Of a stretch of DNA of 64,000 bases, positions 11,494 through 23,200 are shown piece after piece. How positions within the stretch are numbered: position 1 is the first letter of the stretch; every line of letters begins with the position of its first letter. Source of the DNA: Amoebophrya sp. A120 (Eukaryota > Protista > Dinoflagellata); assembly GCA_905178155.1 (NCBI GenBank), contig CAJINV010000003.1, positions 1,122,204-1,186,203 on the forward strand, written 5' to 3'. The notes below the pieces were generated by a model. That model ran no database searches. It saw only the letters and a program-made list of their open reading frames with translations, and was not told the DNA's origin. The position numbers and the translations under genes were made by a program.

Positions 11494-14400
11494 TCACGGC
11501 GGCAGTTGCCTCGTATTAGCCAGGGCAGTTTCGAGATTCAAAATGCGGTTGTGGACGCCCTGCTGTTCCTCTTCTGTGGGCTCCTGCTCTTCCAGCCATT
11601 CTGCCTCCCACTGTCGCACGTTGCTCACAATGGTCTCCGCGCACGTGTACGTAGAGGGCATGATGATGGCGAACTGGAAGTACAGTGGCGCCACAACGAA
11701 CTCGATGAATCCCATTTGACTCTGCGGCTTTTTCACTTTCTCCCGGTCGTTCAGCATCTGCACGGTTAATCCTCGCGACTTCTCCAAATCTCCCTGCAGA
11801 AAGAACTCCTCGAGAACCTGTGGACGAACAAGTGTTTTTGAAAGAAAGCTCGCCATCGGATCAGGGGCGGGAATTACGTCGAAAGAAAACAACGAAATAA
11901 GTATGCGCTGGCGAAGTGGTTTCCAACAAAACGAAATTGAAGCTCTTTACGAACACGAATAAGTACCAAATAAGCCCACGCTCTGCAAATCGGGAAGGGC
12001 TTCATGGGATTGCTGATGTCCGCTGAGTGAAGGATCAAATTCCGCAACAAAGCCGCCTTTTCCGGCTGTTTCCAGAACTCCACTGCCTCCGCGGGCAGTT
12101 CCCATTGCGACTGCTGGCCCAGTGAGAGCGCCGCCCCGGACTGGTAGCTGTGACTTTGCAGCTGCCAGTACTCGTGTTGCACCAACTGGATAATTTCGCT
12201 GTTTTCCTCGTGGAGGAGTTTGATGTGCGACACCATCGGGAAGTGGTTGATCATGTCGGTGTGCAGAATGGCGTCGATACTGACGCGACGAATCTCCATG
12301 TAGTGCGCCTTACTGCAGTTCGCAAAGACCGCGGTCTCCGGATTCACGAAACCCGCCTCAAACATGATGGAGCAGTGCATGTTTTCCAAAGGCGACTTGT
12401 CATTGTATTTCAGCGCGAGAGGGTCGTTGCTTTCAACCTGAAGATAATAGACTTTTTTACCACAAACTCTCACTCGATTTCGATCTGCATCTGCTACTTT
12501 TCCGAAATACTAGGAGCCAAATGCAACGACAACGACTTCTACTTACTTACACAAAAAATTGCGATTTCGATGCTGACTTAACGCATGAAGATGCTCTTTC
12601 ACAGATCTCTTTATTCCTATTTGTTGTACCAGGAACGGGTTGTTGTAACCCGGGTGCCCGGCGTCGTGGCAAACCGCGGACAGCAGCATGGCGAACCGAT
12701 CGGATTTGGAGAAGATGTCCCGCGTCTTGCACAGGTTTAGGAAGCTGTAGACGCCGTGGGCGACGTCGACGGCGTGCAGCCAGTTGTGGTAGGGGTTCGT
12801 GTTCACGTACCTGCCCGAAATCTCCTCCAGGAACCGCTGAATCCGCCGCTCGTCGATCTTCAGCGTGTCCTTGATGAACCCACCGAGGTTCATGGCGTCG
12901 CCCTGCAAGAACCACAGCACCGCCGCGTAGGTCTGGAAATCGTCCAGCTCGAGCGGGTTGAACTCGAAAGACTCCACGTCCTCCAACGTCAAACCGGCCT
13001 GCATCAGCGCGACCCGCTGCAGCCGGAGGAATTCCTCGTCGCGAATCTCCTCCTCCTCTTCGGTCTTGTTCGTTTTCTGCTTGTACACCGCGGTCGCCGT
13101 GTACTGCTGGATCTCGTCGTCCAGCTAGAGATGAAACGAGTTTTATGTATAGCGGCCCTTTTGCATCCTCGCTACACACAAAGAAGCGAGTAGTAGTGGT
13201 CTTTTCGTTTTCATCATTGTGAACTGTATTCTATTCATTCTGTTGCGAGAAAAAAAAACACAGAGGACTGAGTTACTTCTACGCTAACGCTACCAGTGGA
13301 GTACCTGATCCTTCATTTGTTTCGCCATGGTGATGTCAGTCAAAAGAGTGAGTTTGGACGCAATCTTCGCCAGCAGTGCGGTTTCCATCAGACTGCCGTC
13401 AAACTCCATTTCATCCTCCTCGTCGTCGATTTCATCCTCCAGATCGTCGTCCTCGTCGTCGTCCCGCTTTATTGCCGACGACATGTCGCTCACACTTTTG
13501 AACATGGTCGCAGCCAGGTCGCGGACCTGGAAAAATTGTGATGATGATGATCTGCAGGAGGTTGCTGCACTTGGTCAGAAGTCACTTGCTTCATTAGGCA
13601 ACCACAACCTATTGCGACAGCGACCAAAAACACGAGGCAGCAATGCCAACGGGAATGGTGAAGTTGTGAAGCGATAAAGTAAATGGTACCTGGTTCAGTA
13701 AACTCTCGAGTGGCAAGAGCACGACTTTCTGTATGACGCCCTGCAAGGCCATACTGAAGACCACGAGAAGGGTCATGATGAGCGCAATCAGGACCATGTT
13801 CATTCCGGAGTCAAGCTGGTGTGTGTATGTGAAGTTGTACCGCACTTTTGCGATACTGTACGCGTGCGTGCTATTTCCCAATGGCGCGGGGCCGAGCTTG
13901 TCAGTTGCCTCCAGTGTCGGGTGAAGTGTGTTCCACTCAGAGCTGGTAAACAGGATGGGATCACTTTTGCGAACAACCTGACATATTCATATTTTTGAGG
14001 GCGGGTAATGTCACGATATTAGAAGCGAGTTGAAAAAAACCACAAGACCCCCAGAAAAAAACTACGCCTTCAAGCGCCGGAACTCGTTGAAAGTTAGATG
14101 CAAGAAGTCCCTGGAGTAGGATGATTCATCAAACACAAACACCACAGGTCAATACGATGTTCCTATCATTCGGTTCGCTGCTGCCGTCCCGGCCGAAGGT
14201 TTCGAGGTAGTGCGTTGCGCCGGGTCCCGAAATATTATCGGTACCGGGGTACACAACCATCTCGCGGTAGTACGGCTTGGATTCCCAGACCGGTTCCGTG
14301 GTGCCCCAGTAGAATCTCCTTTCCAGCTCGTAAGGGTAGAACTCCTCCTTGGAAAAGAACCTTGCCATTTCGGCGCTCTTGCTTAGCGTGTCGGTCAGCT

Positions 14401-16870
14401 GCGTCTGCGCAACCAGATCCGGCCAGACGAGAAGGGACAAGTCCTGTTCCGCCAGTCGCACCGTCACGATCAGCAGACCGGGGATGAGAATCACCATGAA
14501 AATGATGACGAAGGAGACCCGAATCGAGACGGCTGCATGTAGTCGGTCGGAAATTTTCCGAGCCGTGCCGGCGTATTCGGAGGTCTGGCGCATGCCCGGC
14601 AGCATCTTCAAGATCTTGACCAGCCGAAAGAACCGCCCGGCACGCGCCGCTAGCTTAAACATCCTGGTTACCAGGATGATGGTCGCGTCACCGTCCTCAC
14701 TCTGATAAAAATTGCATTTAGGAAGATGAACATTTGTTTGCCTAGCTTTATTCATCTCGCACCTCCGCACCTTGCAACTACAAACAAGCACTTCACAACA
14801 GAAAAACAAGCACAACTATAGTAGTACAAGTAGTGGGTGTGTCTATGAAAAACAACAAGTAGCCGCAGCCATGAGTACTCTTCTACCTGAGAATAGGTTG
14901 CCTCCGCGACGAAGCTGAAGTCTGCGACGACGGAGAGCATTCCGAGGGAGTCCATCCAAAAGAAAAAGGAGTAGGTATACCCAACCGTCCCGAGGCACTG
15001 GACGGATATTTCGAAGAGAAACGCGCCAATGACGAAGCCGAGCAGCACGTCCAGCGCCGTGGTGTTTGCCACGTCGCCCACCACCCACAGATCCGGGAAG
15101 TACAACGCGATCAAAAGGGTGAGCAGCATGACCATCTGGAACGTGGGGTCCTTTTGCATTTCCCGGGACGGCTTCTCCCAGCTGCGCACCAGGTTGCGCA
15201 GCTCCTGCAGCACTTGCGGTTCCCGTTGGAGTAAAACCGCGGACTGCTTCCCCGACCCGGCGGCATTGTTCCGATTGAACGGCGAGACCGTGGCAATCAC
15301 CGAGATGGGGGACGATATCAAGTTGGAGAAACCGCTTGTTGTTCCTTTCGAGTGCTTGCTCGGCGACGAGGAAGACATCGTTGGGCCGCGGTTTTGCGGC
15401 GTTGTGGTTGCGCCGGAGGAAGTGCCGGAAAGCTTCGCGGCCGCGCCGGGGGACGAAATCGATAAGCCGGCCTCCAAATCCGTGGCACTGCCGGAAGAGC
15501 CGAAACCGCCGCCGCCGCCCAGCGCCGCGTTCTCCAAGGCTAAAGCTTGCTGCTCCTGCTTCTCCTTCTCGAGCATCTCCGCCAACTCCGTTTTCCAATC
15601 GCTGGGCTCCATGCCGAACAGGTTCTCCCAGGTGCGCATGTAGTCGTTCAGCAGTAATGTTCGGTCGTCCTGGGGCCCGAACACCGTGGAGGCAACCTGC
15701 ACCGGGAGTTTCCCGTCCTCGTCCCGCACAAAGGGGTCCGCGCCCGCGGAACAGAGGGCGGACAGCATCACCTCGTTCGAAGCAGACGGCAACTTCAGTG
15801 CGGTCAATAACGTCGGCCCCCGCGCGGGACTGGCGCCGGCGAGGAGCAGTGCCTGGAGCCCCAGGTAGTTGTCGTGCTCGATCGCGATTACCATCGGGAT
15901 TTTGCTGATTCCTAAAGAGTTTGAGGTGGTCCTCGAGCCGTTATTCGCCACCTTCACCGCGGCACGGTCCTCGAAGGTGCCGTTCTTGTCTGCGTGATAC
16001 CAGAGCAGCAGCTCCACCAAAATCACCGAGAACATCTGCTCTCCATGAGTTGCCCCGCCGGAACCCGGATTTTTTGCGCTAGACAGGGAAACCGCCGCGC
16101 AAAGCGGACTCCAGCCGTAGTGGTCCACAATGTCGTGTCTGGCCCCGCGAGAAAGCAACAGCCTCGCGGCCGCCACGTTCTTGTTCGCGCACGCAAGCAG
16201 CAGCGCCGTCTGCCCGCAGTCTGAAAGCGCATTGACGGAGGCACCGTGCTCCAAAAGCAGCTCCAGCATGGTTGTGCCGTTGCGCAGTTGCGGCCGAGAC
16301 GCGACAAAACCTGGGTTACAGGAAGGTCTTTGATTTCAGCTATTTTGACTACACAGACTTCGACCTAAAGTGCCTTCAAATCAAGCAACGAAGCAAAAAC
16401 GGTAGCTGAAAAGGAACCTAGCAGCGTGGTGAAGGAATCGTGAAAGTCGTCGTAGCACGGGACGTCGATGCAGATGGACATCGTGCCCAGCATCTTCTTA
16501 ACCTGCGTGACGTCCCCGCTGGCGACCACATTTCGAAGCTTGGTCAACCCTTCGAGATCGTCCTGCAGCTTGGTCAAAATGACCAAGTTATCACACAGAA
16601 AAAAGCTGGCAGGTCACATTTGTAATGCAAAAATAAATACACGAAAAACTCTGCACTGCGTATCCTAAGCAGCATGCTATGAGGCCGCCCATGACAGATT
16701 TTTCTGTGTATTAATTTTTGCATTACAAATATGCCCTGCCAGCTTTTTTCTGTGGGATACAAGTCCGCGGGGTTCAGCACTTCATCGCCCATCAGCCGGC
16801 TCGCGAGAGCAGCGGACGACGCGCCGCCGGCCCCGCCCGCGTCCTGGGGGTTCGCCAAACCCGGATCCAT
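11494..16870 (-). CDS. Ankyrin-repeat + voltage-sensor-like TM domain + class I 3',5'-cyclic nucleotide phosphodiesterase
   Basis: Nine exons joined in frame (7 GT-AG introns plus one introner). Ankyrin repeats (LLEHGASVN...GQTALLLAC; GWSPLCAAV), S1-S4 with 'RMFKLAARAGRFFRLVKILK', and PDE motifs NPYHNWLHAVDV, HDAGHPGYNNPFL, YNDKSPLENMH, LHTDM, HSADISNPMK, EEFFLQGDLEK, SQMGFIEFVVAPLY. Confidence 0.9.
16589..16759. mobile_element. 171-bp TIR element (introner/MITE) forming intron 1 of the PDE gene
   Basis: Terminal inverted repeats TATC(A/C)CACAGAAAAAAGCTGGCAGG..., 50 of the first 54 nt identical; flanked by direct repeat CAAGT at 16584-16588 and 16760-16764. Removing the element plus one repeat restores ...PADLVILTKLQ.... 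Confidence 0.9.
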
Positions 16871-18084
16871 GACAACCGCACAGTGCGGTCTTCGTCGAGA
16901 CTAGTGTTCGACGTTTGAAATCACTTCATGTTCGACCAGATTTCATCACGAGCCGTCCTGCTTGAAGATGACCCGTCGATTTTGCTAGAAACAGCTTTTT
17001 GAATCAACGTAGCAAAGGATCAACATCATTGTGGCAGCCGCTTCAGCCACATGTAGTGGCGCAATTGCTGAAAAAGACGAAATGAGACAGAAACCAGCGT
17101 TCTTGTTGACTTGGTTTAAGTATCTGAAAAAAATCTGTCATCGTGCTGTCCTAGCTACTCACGCTCAAGACCCGTTCATTCTTTCAGAGTGGAACAAAAA
17201 AAACGAACAAAGCGAAACACGGTTTGGAAAGCAGATGCGTTTTTCTGACTTCTGCGTCGGTTCTGCTGTAGCTATTCCTGCAACTTCAACATCATGTGTT
17301 TGTGTACATGTACATTTGTCCTGACACATTAACATACGATCCACTGCTGGTATAATTTCAGTGACGCGAATACTCATCGACTACAAGAAGGGCGACGCCA
17401 TGCAAACAGGCGATAGCAGAAGGAGCAAAAGTTGATTTTCTAGGAAACTACAGACGCAGATGCGATAGCGAAGATTCTCGTAGAGATATAAATCAAGTAC
17501 GAGGCTCTTTTTCGTTCTATAGGGTTCGTTAGGCTTTACGATACATAATCAAGATAGTCATTATTCGACAGTTGCGTAGTTGAAAGACTTGAATTGTGAA
17601 GAGTAGAGGAGCAGAAACAATATTCGTCCAGAGTTACGTTTTGATTTTTTCGGTAACTAACGGTTTGTACAGTGTCTTTGTTTTTGAAAGTTAATTTTTT
17701 TCCAATGAATCAATGCTAAGTTTTACGTGGATGCAATGTCGAGTTCGAGATCAAATTCGAAGCAAAGCTATTCTTTCTATTTTACAACCAACTATTGAAA
17801 AGTTTCCTTCGTAGGGACACAAGCTGCTACTGCTAGCAGGGAGCTTCTCTTTGCTTACGTTGCATCCATCTCATTTATTTCGCGTGAAGCAACACACACA
17901 CACATACTCTGACATGCGCAACCTTGCAGCAACAGATCAACTGCTGCATAGCGGAGTCGCTCAGAGTCTTTAGTGCTTGCCGTCTTCCTGTGTATTCTTG
18001 TTACGTTAAACTGAAAGAGATACAGCTATCTCTAGAACAAGTATTTAGCATTTCTTTTCCCCAAATCGCGATTTTGAAACTTTG

Positions 18085-21000
18085 TCACTGCAGCAGAAAG
18101 CTGGTGCTGTTGTTTCGATTCCGGTTGACGTGTGCCATGTACGCTGCGTCTGTCCGCTGGTAGTCGGGCGTACGTGATCGCGCAGGCGCGACGGCACCGC
18201 TGGCAACATTACCAGCCCCCCGCAACATGCGCCGGCCCGGGGACCGCGGTGGCGGTACGCTGCGGCCGCGATTCGCGCGCTCGCGATCCCGATCGCGATT
18301 TAACTCGGACCGGTCTGGTTTCCACCAGTCGTTGTCCCACTCCGGCTTTTTCTGTTGCTCCACGATGCGCAGCAGCTTCCGGACCTTGGCTTGCAACTCG
18401 GCATTGCGCTCCACGAGATGCAAACTATCCGCAGCGTTAACCATCGCGGACGCCTGCACGAACTGTTGTGGCGCTCCGCCGTATGAAGGCGCTGGTGCTC
18501 CGTAGTAGTTCCCTCCTGTTGCTGCGGAGGGCATCGGATACGCGGTCGGCTGCGCAAACCCCGTGGAGGATAGGCCGGGCTGTGCCTGTGGTGCTGTTGG
18601 ACCCGCTGGCGCGAACGGGTTGCCATTGGAAATGTACGCTTGTAAAGGCTGCTGGACCGGTGCTTGCGGTTCGACCATTGGCGGTTGGGTGGGCGAGTAG
18701 TGCTGTTGCGCGAGAAAGCTCGGAGAAAGCGCTAAGTCGCTCTCCGGAATACGACGGCCCCTGTTGGTTGTGGTTCAACGCAAATAGCGCAGCGAAAATG
18801 TTGAGCAGTGAATTTCTTTCTTCCCTTGCAATCAAGCTCGTACAAGTTCAAGCGTTCACGTGAGGCAGAATCACACAAGATCAAGGATAACGAAACGATT
18901 TGCAATGCATAAGCAAAAGTAGTACTGTGCAGCGTCATGCAACGACCTCCGGGTTCGAATCAGCTCCTCCTCCAACATAATGTTCTGCTTCCTCAGCTGC
19001 CCAACAGATTCTTGTAGCACGCGGACCTATGAGGATATTTTTATTCGAGATTGGGAAAGTTCAAACAGCTTCGCGCTTCTTGTAACAGCATAAGCAGCTA
19101 AGTATGTACTACTTACTTTTACTTACTTACTAACTTACCTGTTCCGTCAAACTCCTGTTTTCAGCTTGTGTTTGCTCGACCAACCGCCTTGATTCCATAA
19201 CCTGCATGGTGATTGTCTCGCTTTGGTCTTGCTTCATCCGCTGAAGCTCCCCCCGCGCTGCCGTCAGTTCCGTGACCAAGCGAATCTGCGTGGGTAGGTA
19301 AACGTTCTTTTGATCTTGAAGAAGTGATGTGCAAGTGCAGGTCCTTCATACAATAATGACAAAAAAAATAAATGGACGTCGAAGGAAAAGGTAAAGGACG
19401 ACAAACAAAATTGAAGCGATTTCCACACAACCGAAACGACTTCCTACCTTCTGCTGACTGAGGTCCCTTACGGTCATTTCCAGAATGCTGACTTCCCGCG
19501 CGTCGTGCACGCTCCCCGGGAGCGCAAGTCCGGGTGGCGGCATCAAAATCCCGGGTGACGGCGCCCTTGGGTTGTAGCCGGTCGGCGACGGCGACCGCCG
19601 GTCCGCGGAGAAGATCATGGGTGGCCGCGTAATGTCGTCCAAGATGATGGCGTCCGCCTGCTCCACGAGCGCGCGGTGCTTTCTGGCAGACAACACCGGC
19701 TTGCGGTACGAGGGGGGCCGGCTGGATGGAGGCTGGACCACCGCCTGCTGCTGACCAGTGGGTGTGCGAGCCCGCCGCGCGGCCGCCGCTCCTTCGGGCG
19801 TTTTGCCAGTGGGGGAAGGACTGCGTTCCCGCTTACTCGAGGAAACGGACCGTGGGGTGCGCCGTGGAGGCGGTGGAGTACTCTTCTCGCGCGCTGGCGG
19901 CGCATTCGGAGGTGCTGCCGGCGGCGGCGGCGAACGCGACTTCTTCCGTGGCGACGCAACCGGTCTACTTTTCGGCGCTGCGGCAGCAGGCGGTGGACTG
20001 CCGCTGCGACTACGCTGGGCTCTGCGGGGTCTGGGGTTGTACTTTGGTCGCTCCGCCGACGGGCTACCGGCACGGTGGATCGTCGGGCGGTGGTCGTAAC
20101 GCCACATCTGCTCCGCAAAGGTCTGTCGTGAAAACACTTGACAAACTATAAAAGTTGTCGTCAAGAACAGTGCACATGAGGATACGAGGGTGCGGGAAGT
20201 AGAGACGACGTTCGAAAACGGTCGTAAGGAAAAAAACCTCTGGAACAACTGCATTTCGCAGTACAGCTTCAACGTGCATAGTAATTCATTGCCCTTTCTC
20301 ACACGACAAGAAGAGAGAAACATTTACGGTTCCAAATACCCTTTCCGGTTCCTGCTTCGCACGCGGGACTTTTGGGCTTCGCACCTGACTGCTCGGGCGC
20401 GATTTCTTTTTCGGTTTTTGCTGGATGCGCTTCTCCTTGGAGGACCGTGGGGACTCCCGTAGTTCTTCCTGGATCGTGGGCGGGGCGGCCGGCTGATCCA
20501 GGAAGCGCCGTCCGCCGCCCTCTGACGCCGAGCTGCCCTTCGGACACAGGAAATCCTCTTCCGACGTGGGTTGCTTTCTCAACACCTTCTGGGGCGTGTT
20601 ATTTCCGCTCCGGGACCGCGTCCTCGTACGCGTTTCGACCGATTTCGGAGCGGCCGCCAGGAACTCTTCCGAGCCTTTTGCGTCCGGACTCGCGGATCGC
20701 GCGTCGCGCCTTCTCTGCGCCTCGCGCTGCGCGTCCTTTTTCCGCTTCGCACTCTGCAGCTTGACGGCCGCGGCATCCGCCTCCTCTTGGATTTCAGCAA
20801 TTTGTCTCGCGAGCACCTGGACCTCGTCCTCTTCGACGGGAGCAGTTTCTTCGGGCGCGTTGTTCGTTTGGGCACGGTTCGCAATCCGTTCGCGTTGCCG
20901 CCGCTGAATGGATATGGCCGCCTGTTCTTCCTCTCTCTTCTCCTTCTCCAACTTCTCCTCCGCGGCACGGCGGTCGTACACCGCTTGCCAGGCCAGGTCC

Positions 21001-22605
21001 AGATTGCCGTAACGTCGCCCGGTTTCCAACTCGACGTACCTTTTCAACAGGAACAGATTGTCTTGCTTGCAAGTGCAGAAGTTCTAGTAGCACATAGAGT
21101 GGGAGTGCGTTAAGTACACGTTATTTCGTTTTCGCAAAAAGCAATAAACAACGTCAAAAAGAACATGCAAAAGCTATAGTACGCGAAGTATCCGGGTCTG
21201 CTTCGCGAGGGCACGGCCTCGAACCCCGGTGGTGGTTTCCCGTTGTTTCCGTTTGCTTTGCCGTTCATCCCAGCACTGTTCAGGGTGTCATTCGAACCCC
21301 CGTTACCGTTGACTACCTGCTCGAGGTTCTCCTTGTTCTCTTGCTTTCGCAACCTCCGGTTGTACACCTGCCACGCGGACCGCAACTCGCCGTATTTTTT
21401 TCCGGTTTCCGGATCCACAAACACCACGTGCCCGGGCCTTGACGCCGACGTTTTCGTGATCCACCCTGGTGGCGGTTGGTCGGCCACTTCGTCGCCCTTC
21501 CTCCGGCGCTCGTACACCTTCCACGCCTGCGATTTGCCGTACTTTTGCCCGGTCTTCTTGTCGATGTACGCAAACTCGCCGGGGCGACTCGCGGACGGGA
21601 CCGGCTCGAAGCCTGGTGGGTGCACCGGTTTGTTCTCCTCTGCCGGGACAGACGGCGAGGCTGCAACCACCACAACCGGGGGTGCCTGCTCCTGTAGCAT
21701 CTGCGGAGGAGCCTATTTGGGGAAGAATAATTTCGTTTTCTCTTGATGATGCAGCAGCAGCAGCAGCACATTTGTATGCTTCTACGTCACAAAAAATTCC
21801 ACTACGCTACCAGAAGTCGATGAAATTGAAAGCACCTGAAACTGGATGACGAAAAATCAAAGCAAACTTTTACTTCCCGCGGAATTTCGTTCGTTGTTGG
21901 GACAGCGACAGCAGAAGGCGGTTTCTCGTTCGTGTAGATGTCTTCGGCCTTCAAATTCACTGCGGCATCTTTTGGTGGGGTATCGATCTTGTCTAACATA
22001 GCCTTGTCGAGATGCGGTTTGCTTTCCCCCGAACCCTCTTGTTGCGGCAAGCCCTCGTCGACTGGTGGTTGCTTTGGGACCACGACGTCCGCACTGCCCG
22101 CAGCGCTGGCCCGCTCTCCCTGGGGGAGATCCTGTGGGGCGGTCGCCGCCCGTTTGTCTTGCTCCTCCCTGGACCTCGAGCGCTCGCGGTCCTGCTGGGC
22201 CTTCTTTTTCTGCAGCGCAACCGACACAGTTTCGCTGCTGTCGGAGGACAGCCCTTCCAACACCCGCTGGACATGCAAGTCCTTCGCAAAAATCTTCTCG
22301 CCGTCCGAGTCCGCTGCTACGATGCTCTGCATCACGTCGAAGGTCAACGCATTTTCTTGCGTAGTTGGAGCTGATGTGGGGGCGGCGTGCATCGTATTGC
22401 CGAGCTCCCCCGGTGCAATTTCGGGGACGGCGGGATTACCTGGTACAGCCCCAGTCGTAGCTGCGCTCTGCCGATGTACCGCCCAAGCTAACTCCAGAGT
22501 TCCGTACTTCTTTCCCGTCGCATCTTCCTGATAGACAACCTGACCTGGCCGAGTGCGACTCGACACTTCCGAAAAGCCGGGGGGCGGAGTGTTTGGCAAG
22601 TCCAT
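18085..22605 (-). CDS. Protein with four WW/MBD-like repeats, Pro/Ser/Arg-rich regions and C-terminal coiled coil
   Basis: Seven exons linked by GT-AG introns in consistent phase. Four copies of PPG[FW]xxxxSxxRPGxxx[YF]x[DE]xxTGx[KR]YG...AWxxx; the fourth is split by intron 21040-21182. Confidence 0.75.
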
Positions 22606-23200
22606 CTTCGAGAAAAATGTGCTAGTACACAGTTATCAGTGTGGTCGTGCTCAGGAGGTGATGGTGAGCGTGGTGAGGCGCTTATGTGATAAAATCATCG
22701 TCCGACACAGAAGTTGAGCCGCCTTGTCTCCAACTTCCTACGCTTCTCTCTACATAAGTAGCAAAAAACCTACCCCTAGGCTTAAACTTATCAAGCGTAG
22801 GTAAAACTACGATAACGCCAAGAATGTTTCATTCACGATGGTCAGCATTTTCACGATGAGTGATAGATATCAGATAGATATCACCACGCAAAAACAACGA
22901 CGACGCAAAGAACCGTCCCTACCTCGATGAAAACGCGAAAGCTAATCGATGTATACGAAAATTTTCACGATCGATTCTTATGATGTGCGTTCGCCCCAGC
23001 GAAAAACGATCGACGACTTTTTCGAATTCGAATTCAACGTAACTGCTCATTGAGCCTCCTTCGGTACTTGGATAAGTACTGATCTGAAACTTTGACACAA
23101 AATGGCTCCTCGGTAAGCCGATTTCCAAACCCGATAAGAACTGAAGTACTCCTCTGCTATCAAGGCAGGAGATTCGCAATGACATCTGAATCGGATGGAC

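Noticed and set aside
16589-16759. Tc1/mariner MITE with TA target duplication
   Set aside because: The TA belongs to the TATC/GATA termini; both introners show 5-bp direct repeats outside it, and only that reading restores the frame.
22830-22890. GATAGATATCA tandem pair and repeated TTCACGATG as an introner end
   Set aside because: No partner inverted repeat or 5-bp direct repeat found nearby.
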